Below, piece by piece: positions 1-10,404 of a stretch of DNA of 64,000 nucleotides. The stretch's first letter is position 1, and every line of letters starts with the position of its first letter. Origin of the DNA: Gammaproteobacteria bacterium (GTDB taxonomy: Bacteria; Pseudomonadota; Gammaproteobacteria; Eutrophobiales; Eutrophobiaceae); contig CAXMWX010000011.1 of assembly GCA_963422205.2 (NCBI GenBank), positions 132,686 to 196,685 on the forward strand, in the 5' to 3' direction. The position numbers were made by a program, and so were the translations under genes. The notes below the pieces were generated by a model, which saw nothing but the letters and a program-made list of their open reading frames with translations, did no database searches and was not told the DNA's origin.

Positions 1-879
1 CGTGCTGCTGCCTGCAACAATCGTGGCATAGAGTAAAAACTGGCCGAGCGCACCGGGGGTGATTTCACCATCAATGACGGCCTGCGCCCCGGTCCACAAG
101 ACGATCACAATGGCACTGAAGGCAGTCAAGACGATAATGCCGGACAACACAGAACTGACCAGCAGGCGCTGCCGTGCTGCCTGAAACGAGGCTTCGACAG
201 ACAAGGCAAAACGCCTCCCTTGCTGCCGCTCCTGCGTGAATGCCTGGATGATGTGAATGGCATTGAGGATCTCGCCGGCGATGCCGCTTGACTCGGCAAT
301 TTTATCCTGGGTAATCCTGGACAGGCGCCGCACTTTTCTGCCATACAGCCATAAAGGCACAACGACAACCGGCAGCAAGACAAACAACAACAGGGTCAGG
401 CGGCTGCTGGTGATAAACAACATGATCAACGCACCGGTCAACATGAACCCACTACGCAATGCGATTGACAAGCCCGCCCCTATCACTGACTGCACCAGAG
501 TGGTGTCCGTGGTTAAACGTGACAACACCTCGCCAGTACGGGTATCCTCATAAAATGTCGGCCCCAGATTGAGGACATGCTGATAGACAGCGGTGCGAAT
601 GTCTGCCACCACCCGCTCCCCAATCCACATCACACAGTAATAACGCAGCGAGGAGAATACAGCTAACGCCATGGCCAGAAGCAACAGGCTCAGAAAGTAG
701 GCGTGTATGGTGCCCTCCCCTGTCCTGGAAAATCCATGATCGATGACATGGCGGATCGCCACCGGCATGGATAAAGCAGACAGGGCGGCCAGCGACAGAC
801 ACAGAAAAGCCATCAGCAGGCGTAACCTGTACGGCCATAGAAAAGGCAGGCTTCGGGCTAAAGGGCGCAGTTTTTTCAC
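1..879 (-). CDS. ABC transporter permease/ATP-binding protein, MsbA-related (partial, runs off window start)
   Basis: Manual translation, not in the ORF track: GTG at 879, KKLRPLARSLPFLWPYR...TRTGEVLSRLTTDTTLVQSVIG...GEITPGALGQFLLYA, typical of an ABC exporter TMD. Confidence 0.85.
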   Translation of the reverse strand, partial: MKKLRPLARSLPFLWPYRLRLLMAFLCLSLAALSALSMPVAIRHVIDHGFSRTGEGTIHAYFLSLLLLAMALAVFSSLRYYCVMWIGERVVADIRTAVYQHVLNLGPTFYEDTRTGEVLSRLTTDTTLVQSVIGAGLSIALRSGFMLTGALIMLFITSSRLTLLLFVLLPVVVVPLWLYGRKVRRLSRITQDKIAESSGIAGEILNAIHIIQAFTQERQQGRRFALSVEASFQAARQRLLVSSVLSGIIVLTAFSAIVIVLWTGAQAVIDGEITPGALGQFLLYATIVAGSST

Positions 880-1134
880 GTGGTGAATCGGCCTGTCTGT
901 ACAATGGCTAACAAATGCAGGCTGTGTATTGTGGCTGAAACAGGCGGGCTGCCTTGTGTCAACCCGGCCCTGTCAACATAAACAGCAGCCATCTTATACT
1001 TACCGGCATCAGCAGCACCATTCAAAGCCGACGCACATAAGGCAAAAACATTGCACGGCGTGACCCGGCTCTGAAGTATTTTATGTATAATCTGCGCTTA
1101 ATCATTATCATCAACGGGTTTGAGGTAAGCATGT

Positions 1135-2130
1135 ATGTGGATAGATTCTCTGGCGGAGTACGGGATGTTTATGGCCAAGTTCGGCACCATCTTCATCGCC
1201 CTGTGTTTGCTCATTGTGCTGGTGTTCACCCTGTTCATGCGTGGTCGGGAAGCGGGGGAAGAACACCTGGAGATCAAACACATCAACCAAAAGCTGGACG
1301 GCTTTCGCCTGTTGATATCGGCGACAGTGTTACCCAAAAAGGCATTTAAGAAATCTGTCAAGGCGCAAAAACAAAAAGACAAGGGCAGTGACCCGGCACA
1401 GAAAAAAATATACGTCATTAATTTTGATGGCGATATACGCGCCAGCCAGGTCAATTCGCTGCGGGAAGAGATCACCGCTGTGCTCAGCATCGCTGATCAG
1501 AATGATGAGGTCCTGCTTGTTCTGGAGAGCAACGGCGGCACCGTGCATGGCTATGGGCTGGCGGCATCACAGCTATGCCGGATAAAGGATAAAGGCATAA
1601 AGCTGACCGTGGCTGTTGATAAGGTGGCGGCCAGCGGCGGCTATATGATGGCCTGTGTGGCCGATACGATTATCGCCGCCCCGTTTGCCATCATCGGCTC
1701 GATCGGTGTGCTTGCACAGCTACCGAATTTTAATCGCCTGCTGAAAAAACATGATATCGACTTTGAACAGATCGCTGCCGGCCAGTATAAACGTACCCTG
1801 ACCCTGTTCGGCGAGAACACCGGCAAAGACAGAGAAAAGCTACAGCAGGAACTGGATGAGACACATGCCCTGTTCAAGCAGTTTGTGCAAGAGAACCGCC
1901 GCCAGGCAGAGATAGAAAAAATTGCCACCGGTGAACACTGGTACGGCCTCAAGGCGCAGCAGTTAGGGCTGATAGACAAAATTCAGTGCAGTGATGATTT
2001 TATTTGTGAGGCCGTCAAGCTGGCGGATGTCTATGAGCTGGCCTATATCAGAAAGCGGCCTGTGCTGGAGAGAATCTTCTCCCCTGCTGTCAAGGCGACC
2101 CGATTGCTTGCTGATCGCTGGCAGGTGTGA
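1135..2130 (+). CDS. sohB: S49 family protease SohB
   Basis: N-terminal TM; LESNGGTVHGYGLAASQL and VDKVAASGGYMMACVA motifs. Confidence 0.93.
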   Translation: MWIDSLAEYGMFMAKFGTIFIALCLLIVLVFTLFMRGREAGEEHLEIKHINQKLDGFRLLISATVLPKKAFKKSVKAQKQKDKGSDPAQKKIYVINFDGDIRASQVNSLREEITAVLSIADQNDEVLLVLESNGGTVHGYGLAASQLCRIKDKGIKLTVAVDKVAASGGYMMACVADTIIAAPFAIIGSIGVLAQLPNFNRLLKKHDIDFEQIAAGQYKRTLTLFGENTGKDREKLQQELDETHALFKQFVQENRRQAEIEKIATGEHWYGLKAQQLGLIDKIQCSDDFICEAVKLADVYELAYIRKRPVLERIFSPAVKATRLLADRWQV

Positions 2131-3394
2131 TCTGGCCATGCAGTTGCTTTAACTCATCAGCAATAATATCGATCCCGGCCGCCACTTCAGCATCGTGTTG
2201 TGCATAGCTTAGCCGGATACATTGCTGTTTGTGCGGCCAATCTGCTGTCAGGCCCGGGAAAAAATGCTCGCCAGCGATGATCAACACGCCGCGTACCTTT
2301 AATCGCTGATACAACTCCCGGCTGCTGATGGGCAAGTCAGGCAGCCATAACCAGAGAAAAATCGCCCCTTCCGGTTCATGAATATAATAATTCAAACCGG
2401 CCAGCTTGCTGTGTATCAGCGCCACAGTGCGTTGCATCTTGGCCTTGTAATAGGGCTGGATGATGGTTTTGCACAGGCGATTCATCTCATCGCAGGCCAG
2501 CAAGTCCAGGGCAAGTGCCGGGCCAACGTTACCCAGGGCCAGATTGATCACGCCGTTGATGTTGCCGATGGTACGGATGAACTCCGGCCGGGCCACGATG
2601 ATACCGGTACGCATACCCGGCAGCCCCAGTTTGGACAGGCTCATGGACAAGAGAATATTCTCATTCCAAATCGGCCTGGCACGGGTGAAGATAATGTTCG
2701 GAAACGGCATACCATAGGCATGGTCAATGATTAACGGCACCTTATGTGCCCGCGCCAGGGCATCCAGCCTGGCAAGTTCCTCATCACTGACGACATTGCC
2801 GGTCGGGTTGGTTGGACGGGAGAGGCAGATCGCCCCGATGTTGTTCGCGATTTGCAGATGGTCAAAATCGACATGGTACTTAAACAGCTTGTCCGGGCCA
2901 GTTCGAATCAGCGGACGGCGGGCGGTAAACAGATCATCACACAGGCCAACATCAGCATAACCGATATACTCCGGTATCACTGGCAACAATATCTGTTTAC
3001 GGCGGCCATCGCCAAACTCGCCGGCCAACATATTAAACAGAATAAAAAAGGCCGACTGACTGCCGGCAGTCAAGGCGATATGATCGGCACTGATGCCCCA
3101 GCCGTATTGCCTGTTCAAGCTCTCTGCCAGGGCAGTGATAAACGCCTTATCACCCTGTGGCGGGCCGTAATGGCCGATCATGCGGGCGAAGCGCTCGGAA
3201 TCGGTCACAATCCGTTGCATGGTGCGCTGAAAAACCGCCTGCACCTGTGGGATAGATGCTGGGTTACCGCCGCCCAGCATGGCGATTATTTGCTGACCGG
3301 CCTGTTGATCAGCCATCGCATGGCCGAGATCTTCCATCAGGCGGACGATACCGGCATCCTCACTGAAACGATTGGCAAAATCAGACAAGATCAT
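2090..3394 (-). CDS. avtA: Valine-pyruvate transaminase
   Basis: MLGGGNPA, SRPTNPTGNV, SLSKLGLPGxRTG PLP-lysine motif. Confidence 0.92.
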   Translation of the reverse strand: MILSDFANRFSEDAGIVRLMEDLGHAMADQQAGQQIIAMLGGGNPASIPQVQAVFQRTMQRIVTDSERFARMIGHYGPPQGDKAFITALAESLNRQYGWGISADHIALTAGSQSAFFILFNMLAGEFGDGRRKQILLPVIPEYIGYADVGLCDDLFTARRPLIRTGPDKLFKYHVDFDHLQIANNIGAICLSRPTNPTGNVVSDEELARLDALARAHKVPLIIDHAYGMPFPNIIFTRARPIWNENILLSMSLSKLGLPGMRTGIIVARPEFIRTIGNINGVINLALGNVGPALALDLLACDEMNRLCKTIIQPYYKAKMQRTVALIHSKLAGLNYYIHEPEGAIFLWLWLPDLPISSRELYQRLKVRGVLIIAGEHFFPGLTADWPHKQQCIRLSYAQHDAEVAAGIDIIADELKQLHGQITPASDQQAIGSP

Positions 3395-3431
3395 GCCGGT
3401 TTAATCTGCGGAATACATCGTGGCTTGGGCA

Positions 3432-4583
3432 TCATCCTGCCAGTCTTTTGCCCGTCATCAACAAACACATCACGCGCTCGGCGGCATTGCTGAGATTATG
3501 TGTTGCCGAACCAAGCGCCTCCGGCAATGACATATCACGCGCCACGGCGGCCTCAATCGCATGGATGCCATGGGCAAAGACCAGGCGCGCATCGTCAGCC
3601 AGCCCGCCGCCAATCGCCACCACCGGCAGGGCGAACTCGGCGGCCAGACGGGCAACACCGGCCGGGGTTTTACCGCATACGGTCTGGGCATCGATGCGGC
3701 CCTCGGCGGTAATCACCAGATCGGCCGACTTGAGATGTTGGCGTAATTCGGTCGCCTGCATCACGATATCAATACCGCTTTGCAAACGGGCCCCGGCAAA
3801 GGCCAGCAAGCCGGCCCCCAGGCCGCCAGCCGCACCTGCACCGGGGACATCCGCCACATCGATTTGCAAGTCCCGCCGGATGATGTCAGCCAGGCGATGC
3901 AACCCCTTATCTAGCGTCCTGACCATGGCGGGCGTTGCTCCTTTTTGGGGTCCGAACACATAGGCAGCCCCCCGCCGGCCATACAACGGATTATCGACAT
4001 CACACGCCACCACCAGTTCGGCCTTGCCGAGTAACGGCTTAACAGCAGACATATCAATCCGCTCTATCTGCGCCAATGTCGCACCAGCAGCCGTGCGTCT
4101 GATCAGGCGCTGGTTTACATCATAGAAGCGAACGCCAAGCGCCTGTGCCATGCCGGTGCCGCCATCGTTGGTCGCCGACCCGCCCAGGCCCAGGATAATG
4201 CGCCTGGCCCCCCGCCTGAGCGCATCAGCAATCAACTCGCCCGTGCCATAACTGCTGGTACGCATGGGGTTGCGGTATCGCTTTCGTATCAGCGCCAAGC
4301 CGGAGGCCGCGGCCATCTCGATTACCGCCGTGCCGGTATGTTTGATAAAGCCGTAGCGTGCCTGAATCTGCCGGCCGAGCGGGCCGGTGACGTTCACCTT
4401 GATAAAACGGCCGCCAGTGGCATCCACCAGCGACTGCACCGTCCCCTCGCCGCCATCCGCCAGAGGCACGATGGTACACCTGGCATCAGGCAGGATGCGT
4501 TTAATGCCGGTTTCAATCGCTGTGCCTACCTGCAAGGCGGTCAGGCTTTCCTTGAATGAGTCGGGGGCGATGACGATTTTCAT
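3432..4583 (-). CDS. glxK: Glycerate kinase (GlxK/GarK family)
   Basis: MKIVIAPDSFKESL start, PLADGGEGT, GGSATNDGG, GAGAAGGLG. Confidence 0.92.
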   Translation of the reverse strand: MKIVIAPDSFKESLTALQVGTAIETGIKRILPDARCTIVPLADGGEGTVQSLVDATGGRFIKVNVTGPLGRQIQARYGFIKHTGTAVIEMAAASGLALIRKRYRNPMRTSSYGTGELIADALRRGARRIILGLGGSATNDGGTGMAQALGVRFYDVNQRLIRRTAAGATLAQIERIDMSAVKPLLGKAELVVACDVDNPLYGRRGAAYVFGPQKGATPAMVRTLDKGLHRLADIIRRDLQIDVADVPGAGAAGGLGAGLLAFAGARLQSGIDIVMQATELRQHLKSADLVITAEGRIDAQTVCGKTPAGVARLAAEFALPVVAIGGGLADDARLVFAHGIHAIEAAVARDMSLPEALGSATHNLSNAAERVMCLLMTGKRLAG

Positions 4584-4655
4584 GCAGCGAACCTGATAAA
4601 TACCCACACAGTTTACGTGATTGGAGGCGATGTTAAAACGCAAGATACAGCGGCG

Positions 4656-5648
4656 TTACTGCATCGCCAACTGTGCCAGCATAGCGGCAAACCCGCTGAT
4701 CATGCGGGTCATGCTGACATAATCAAGGCGCTCGGCCACATCGCCAGCCGTGTGGTAGGCACTGTTCCTGAAGTCGGCTGTGTCCGTGACCATCACCGCC
4801 GGAAAACCATACTGCCAGTACGCATAATTATCCGAGCGCTGTATGTCCGGCACCAGCCGGGGCGGGGCAATCAAACCGGCCGAGCGTATAGTGGCCTGTT
4901 CTCTGAACAATTTTATTGACCGGCGCAACAGCGGGCCGGAGTTAGGATTGCCAACGAAGGCGATAAAATTACCGGTATGGGGATACAGATGCCGGATGAT
5001 CTTCGGGTAATGTTGTGTGTGCGGCTCATGCCGGTAGTAACCGATCATCTCCATGGAATACATGATCAGGATTTTATCTTGATGGCGACGAGCAAGTTGC
5101 GCGCTGACCATGCTGCCCATGGATGCGGTGGCAAAAAAAGGCGGCTCCTCGTTGGTAAAGGCGATCAGCCGGATCGTCCTGTCGTAGTGTTTGCCCTTCA
5201 GCAGCCGGGCCAGTTCAAGCAAGCCGGCTACCCCCGAGGCATTATCATCCGCACCAGGGGTCAGCCAGGCGGTGTCGTAATGCGCGCCGACAACGATCAC
5301 CTCATCCGCCTTGTCGCCACCGGTGATCTCCACCATCAGGTTTTTATAGTGACCATCACCAAACACCTGCTCGGTCACAGCATAACCGGAGCGGGCCAGT
5401 TGCTCGCTGATATAATCTGCCGCCTGTGTTAATTGCACTGGTCGCTTATGGTGACGTTCGCCTATCTGCTCGGCCAGCATACGCACATGCCGAACCAGGT
5501 TATCGTGCAATGCCTGTTGTGTTGCCGTTAAATCGGGCACATCGCCGGCGAATGTCGGCCCCGGCATACGAATGCAATAGCCGTAGATAAGCAGCAGGCA
5601 GAGCAGAACCATAGCAACGGCAGCAAGCATGAGACGGATCAACAGCAT
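4656..5648 (-). CDS. M28 family peptidase, membrane anchored
   Basis: [28 protein letters not shown]. Confidence 0.88.
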   Translation of the reverse strand: MLLIRLMLAAVAMVLLCLLLIYGYCIRMPGPTFAGDVPDLTATQQALHDNLVRHVRMLAEQIGERHHKRPVQLTQAADYISEQLARSGYAVTEQVFGDGHYKNLMVEITGGDKADEVIVVGAHYDTAWLTPGADDNASGVAGLLELARLLKGKHYDRTIRLIAFTNEEPPFFATASMGSMVSAQLARRHQDKILIMYSMEMIGYYRHEPHTQHYPKIIRHLYPHTGNFIAFVGNPNSGPLLRRSIKLFREQATIRSAGLIAPPRLVPDIQRSDNYAYWQYGFPAVMVTDTADFRNSAYHTAGDVAERLDYVSMTRMISGFAAMLAQLAMQ

Positions 5649-5651
5649 GGA

Positions 5652-6101
5652 TTAAAAATTGATGACCTTATCACCAATGCTGATCTGCTGCTTCGCCACC
5701 TGACCGGCGTTTAATTCCAGCACAGCCAGCACCTTCTGCCCCGATGGCATGGCGGTGAGCGAATGCGGCACCGCCCCTTCTATGATCTTGACGATCACGC
5801 CACTGGCATCGATGTAGAGAATGTCCAGCGGCAGCCAGGTGTTCCTCATCCAGATACTGACCGGCTGGGGCTTAGGATAGCGCAGCAGCATCCCGTGGGC
5901 AGCAGGCAGAGATTTGCGATTCATCAGGCCCTGGCGCCGGCTGTCATCATCGGCGGCCACCTCAACGGTGTAGTCAATGACTCTGCCAGCGCTGATGATG
6001 CTGATGCTCGCCCTGCCAAACTCAACCGCCACCGCCTGACCGCCAACAAGAAAAAGCAGCCAGGCACCATAAAGCCGGTGGGTTTTATCGAACCACGACA
6101 T
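5652..6101 (-). CDS. DUF192 domain exported protein
   Basis: VEVA...QGLMNR...GML...WMRNTWLPLDILYI...VLELNAG; signal peptide. Confidence 0.88.
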   Translation of the reverse strand: MSWFDKTHRLYGAWLLFLVGGQAVAVEFGRASISIISAGRVIDYTVEVAADDDSRRQGLMNRKSLPAAHGMLLRYPKPQPVSIWMRNTWLPLDILYIDASGVIVKIIEGAVPHSLTAMPSGQKVLAVLELNAGQVAKQQISIGDKVINF

Positions 6102-6126
6102 GAAAAACAGACCGGAAGCCGGTTGT

Positions 6127-7134
6127 TCAACCCTGTTGCAGCAGGGTTTTCAAATCAATGACGGCGGCGTTGGCACGGGAGATATACGAGGCCATTACCA
6201 GCGAATGATTCGCCAGCAGCCCAAAGCCGGTGCCGTTGAGAATCACCGGACTCCACACCGTATCCTGGGTCGCCTCCAGCTCACGGATGATTTGTCGCAG
6301 GCTGACCAGCGCATTTTTCTTGATCAGCACCTGTTCAAAATCCACTTCCGCGGCGCGCAGAAAATGTATCAACGCCCAGGTCGCCCCGCGGGCCTCATAA
6401 AACACATCGTCAATCTCATACCAGGGTGTCTTGACATTGAGTTGCTGTGGCTTGGTGGTGGCTTGCTGGGCGGCGACATCGCCTTGCAGATCGGTGTTGA
6501 TGCGCTGCTGACCGACGCTGGCACTGAGGCGCTGGGACAGGCTGCCCAGCCGCTTCTCAACGATCGCCAGCCAATCGCGCAGATTATCTGCCCGGGAGTA
6601 AAACTGTGCGTCTTTCTCATCGGCATTGATCAGCCGCTGCTGGTAGCGTTCAAGCGCCTCAATGCCCTGACGGTATTCCCTCTCGCTCGCTGGCAATATC
6701 CAGGAGCTGTTATCGTAATGAAACTGCGGGTCGGCAATGCTCAGATCGACATCCTCGGTTGACTGGGTTTGCGAGCGGCTGAAGTCATTGCGGTAGGCCC
6801 TGGCGATGTCACGTACCTGGGTGAGTACACCAAATTCCCAGGCAGGCAGGTTATCCATCAACACGCCGGGCGGGAAAATATCATTACTCAAATAACCGCC
6901 CCGCTTGTCCAGCAGGATCGTCATCACTTCAATCACCGTGGCGGTTGTCACATACCCGGTCACCGCCGGTTGATCGGCAGGCAAGGCCGCCAGCGCCTGC
7001 TGTTTGACATTGAATGTGGCCGGCTCGCTGTCCCAAAGCCACATCAGTAACAGCATAATCAGGACACCGGCCAGGCTGACAAGACCCAGCAGTTTCAACA
7101 ACGGCTTGGCAGTCATCATGGAAATTTCGCGCAT
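6127..7134 (-). CDS. DUF2333 family protein
   Basis: N-terminal TM; KRGGYLSND, WEFGVLTQVRD, FYSRADNL, IDDVFYEARG. Confidence 0.85.
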   Translation of the reverse strand: MREISMMTAKPLLKLLGLVSLAGVLIMLLLMWLWDSEPATFNVKQQALAALPADQPAVTGYVTTATVIEVMTILLDKRGGYLSNDIFPPGVLMDNLPAWEFGVLTQVRDIARAYRNDFSRSQTQSTEDVDLSIADPQFHYDNSSWILPASEREYRQGIEALERYQQRLINADEKDAQFYSRADNLRDWLAIVEKRLGSLSQRLSASVGQQRINTDLQGDVAAQQATTKPQQLNVKTPWYEIDDVFYEARGATWALIHFLRAAEVDFEQVLIKKNALVSLRQIIRELEATQDTVWSPVILNGTGFGLLANHSLVMASYISRANAAVIDLKTLLQQG

Positions 7135-7186
7135 GATTATGTCTTTGTGGTGGTTAAACGGGCGGGGTTATCTGTGTGCTCATCAC

Positions 7187-7651
7187 TCACCCTATCTGCC
7201 GGTTATCCTCTTCGGTCTTTGTCGCCTTGCTGTAGCCGGTGTCCTGTCGGTTCATGTTGACCGCATGTTTCTGGCGATAAATGGCATACACCTCATCCGG
7301 CGTCAGCCCGGCGCTTAGCATGCACGATACCAGAAAATGCAGAATGTCGATCAACTCCACCCGAATGTTCTGCATATCCAGGGGATCCCTGCTCCACCAC
7401 TTCCACGGCAACTCCTCCTGCAACTCGGCCACCTCAGCCTGCATCGCCCGGCAGTAATTCGCCAGCCAGCGAGCCGGCAAGTCATTGACCTGTAATTTAT
7501 CCGCTTGTGCTGCATCACAGATCGCCTGCATACTCAACACATTGCCAGCATCATCTGTGATGTTGTGGGTGCGAAAGACATGGTTATTCAAGTCGGCCTG
7601 CATGGCAAAGAGACGGCGCAGCATGTCATGGCTATTGTTATCAGTGTACAT
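7187..7651 (-). CDS. Dimeric all-alpha dUTP diphosphatase (dUTPase_2 family)
   Basis: EVAEL...PWKWW...IRVELIDILHF...YRQKHAVNMNRQDTGY; start placed at MYTDN. Confidence 0.8.
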   Translation of the reverse strand: MYTDNNSHDMLRRLFAMQADLNNHVFRTHNITDDAGNVLSMQAICDAAQADKLQVNDLPARWLANYCRAMQAEVAELQEELPWKWWSRDPLDMQNIRVELIDILHFLVSCMLSAGLTPDEVYAIYRQKHAVNMNRQDTGYSKATKTEEDNRQIG

Positions 7652-7796
7652 ATTCCGACCCTGTCCTGTATAATGGATGGATGATGGCGTGTGACAGTCC
7701 TGCATAATTCTCATAGACAGCAACACTGAGTAAGTTCAGTAAAATTATATCGCCATGCACACACGTTAAGCAATCTCACCTGATCAATGAGGCAAC

Positions 7797-8507
7797 ATGA
7801 CCAAGACGGCATTCATCACCGGTAACAGCAGCGGCCTGGGCGCCGCCCTCACACAGCACCACATACAGCAGGGCGATACGGTCTATGGTCTTAGCCGCCG
7901 CGGATCTCCACTGGAACATCCTAAGTTGCACGATGTGCCGTGTGATCTGGCTGAACTGGAGACGATCGAACAGCACCTGTCCACCCTGCTGGGTGATTGT
8001 CAGCATCTGGATTACGTCTACCTCAATGCAGGCATGCTCGGCCAGCTACAGGCCATCCATGAGGCCAGCATCACCCAGCTTAAAGCCATGCTGAACATTA
8101 ACCTCTGGAGCAATAAGGTCATACTGGACTGGCTGCTCAAGGCAAACATCCATTGCGCTGTGATTATCGCCATCTCTTCCGGTGCAGCGAACAGCGGCAG
8201 TCGTGGCTGGTCGGGTTATGCGCTGTCCAAGGCCGGCCTGAATACCTTAATGCAGCTGTATGCCCACGAATGGCCTGACAGCCAGTTGATCGCCCTGGCG
8301 CCAGGTCTGATCGACACCGCCATGATGGACTACCTGAACGATGATCAGCAGATATCGGTGAGCGAATTTCCCGCCGTACAGCGCCTGCGTGATGCACGTG
8401 GCACGGAGGCCATGCAAACCACCACCGAAGCAGCGGCCAGAATCCATGCCTTCTGCCAGGAACTGCACGGCATAAAATCGGGCAGTTTTGTTGATATCAG
8501 GCAGTGA
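7797..8507 (+). CDS. SDR oxidoreductase (benzil/sepiapterin reductase-like)
   Basis: ITGNSSGLG, NAG, ISSGAA, YALSK, PGLIDT. Confidence 0.88.
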   Translation: MTKTAFITGNSSGLGAALTQHHIQQGDTVYGLSRRGSPLEHPKLHDVPCDLAELETIEQHLSTLLGDCQHLDYVYLNAGMLGQLQAIHEASITQLKAMLNINLWSNKVILDWLLKANIHCAVIIAISSGAANSGSRGWSGYALSKAGLNTLMQLYAHEWPDSQLIALAPGLIDTAMMDYLNDDQQISVSEFPAVQRLRDARGTEAMQTTTEAAARIHAFCQELHGIKSGSFVDIRQ

Positions 8508-8600
8508 CCCTGGCAACACCTGGTCCTTGCAGATGCCAACCCTTAGGGTTAATTCTCCAAACCGATGGCAGATGAGAACACGCACAGGTTAAATATCAGG

Positions 8601-9167
8601 TTAAATATCAAATTGTGGCTCGTCCAGCTTGTCCTTGTCACTCATGTCAACGGCACGCTTGGCGTTTTCCATGTATTCCCTGGCCCGAGAGGTTTTCCCC
8701 ATCGTTGTGGCATCCCACTCCCAGAACATCGCCAGCTCGCCATTGACCAGCCCCCGGCCCGACAAGGTGGCGACATGGTCAATATATCCCTGCACCTGCT
8801 CATAGCGCTCGGCCAGTTTTTCAACATCGGTAAAGTTTTCCTTGGCAATCGCTTCTAAGGCAAATAACCTGTTATTCAGGGTGATAATGCAATGTGCTGC
8901 GCTGCGAAAACCGGCATCGCTGACCAGACCGCCCAAGGCCATGAGAGAACCTGCAACCGGTATGACCGTGGCGGTAATCAAGGCATAAGGCACATTTTCG
9001 GTGTAGAGATAGACGATGACACTGAGGGCGATGCTGACGATGAGTATGATGAGAGACGATATGATCGTATCACGCCGCCTGATCTCCTGCAGTTCCTTTT
9101 TAATCGCCACCTGCTCACTGGCTATCTCATCGGCTGAGGGTGGCGTCTTGTCGATATTAAAATTCAT
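8601..9167 (-). CDS. Hypothetical membrane protein
   Basis: 188 aa ORF with two hydrophobic segments; no family recognised. Confidence 0.7.
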   Translation of the reverse strand: MNFNIDKTPPSADEIASEQVAIKKELQEIRRRDTIISSLIILIVSIALSVIVYLYTENVPYALITATVIPVAGSLMALGGLVSDAGFRSAAHCIITLNNRLFALEAIAKENFTDVEKLAERYEQVQGYIDHVATLSGRGLVNGELAMFWEWDATTMGKTSRAREYMENAKRAVDMSDKDKLDEPQFDI

Positions 9168-9470
9168 ACATTATCACCACAGCTAGTCAAACTCCCCACA
9201 GTCTGCCTCTTAATTACTCCGATTATCATACGCTTTTCGAGGCAATAAAAGTAGCTGTCACACCGAAAAATCTGTGACTTTTTCAACCTATAAATGGCTT
9301 TTTTCACGCCCTCAACTGCCGCAATAATATCAGAATTTCATTGCATATTTAGCGGCATCATTTTGATTTTCCATGAAAATTTGCCTGGCAATCAGATCAG
9401 CGCTGATTTTTCAGCCCGGCACAAACGCCCCTCACCCGCCTGGCACGGCAGTCATCGCCCTTGTCCCTGG

Positions 9471-10346
9471 CTACAAGATAGCTGTCATGGTGCTGATGCA
9501 GGCCGCATAATACGGCTGACCAAACAGATTCAGATGATTTAATTCATGATACAGGCGGTACAGAGAGAAACGCCGCTCGGCCTCGGCCTGGAACGGCCAG
9601 ACCTCAGCATAGGCCGCCTCACAGCGCGGCCCGAAGCCGCCGAATAGCCGCATCATGCCAATCTCCGCTTCCCGCTGGCCGTAGTAACTGGCAGGATCAA
9701 ACACCAACGGCCTGCCCTGCTCATCAGCCGCGGCATTACCCCGCCAGAGATCACCGTGTAACAACACCGGCGGCTCATCAAGATCCGCCAGCAGGGTATC
9801 CAGCCGGGCCATCAACTGATCGCCCAGTTTTAACAAGGCATCATCAGAATCGGCCTGACGGGCAAATTGTTGCAGCTGCCATCCCAGCCGCTGATAACGC
9901 CAGAATGACAGCCAGTCGCTGCTCCAGGCGTTGGGTTGCACAGTCTCTCCCAGGTAGTTGTCCATCATAAAACCGAATTGCCCGGCCTGAGTCTTTTGAT
10001 GCAGCAAGGCCAGCGTGCGGCCAAGCTGCTCGGCCCAATCCGCCGCCGCCTCACCAAACGCCAGTGCTTCCAGCACCAGAAAATCATCTGCCCGGACCAC
10101 TGGCCGGGGTACCCGGATGATATTCGCCTCGGTAAACAGCGCCAATGCCTCAAATTCAGCAGCATACATACCGGGCAGACTGGCGATGCGGGGATGGGTC
10201 TTGACAAAATAGCGCCGCCCGTCATCCAGCGTGATGAGACGGCTATCATTGATACTGCCGCCATGACGGGGCTCGGCGCTTGCCAGCCTGGCCGGCTTGC
10301 CAGTGGCCTCGGTGAGCGCAGCTTCGAGTGTTTGCTGTAACGGCAT
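9471..10346 (-). CDS. Fructosamine/ribulosamine 3-kinase family protein
   Basis: GGSIN, YFVK, LLHGDLWRGN, FDPASYYGQREAEIGM. Confidence 0.92.
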   Translation of the reverse strand: MPLQQTLEAALTEATGKPARLASAEPRHGGSINDSRLITLDDGRRYFVKTHPRIASLPGMYAAEFEALALFTEANIIRVPRPVVRADDFLVLEALAFGEAAADWAEQLGRTLALLHQKTQAGQFGFMMDNYLGETVQPNAWSSDWLSFWRYQRLGWQLQQFARQADSDDALLKLGDQLMARLDTLLADLDEPPVLLHGDLWRGNAAADEQGRPLVFDPASYYGQREAEIGMMRLFGGFGPRCEAAYAEVWPFQAEAERRFSLYRLYHELNHLNLFGQPYYAACISTMTAIL

Positions 10347-10404
10347 ATTGCATCATACAGCCTTGACAAACGGCTTGCCCCGAACGACGTTGATTCTAAC
10401 GGCG

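Noticed and set aside
1096-1110. Fur-box-like GCTTAATCATTATCA upstream of sohB
   Set aside because: Only one good half-site (11/14 of the 7-1-7 consensus) and no iron-related context
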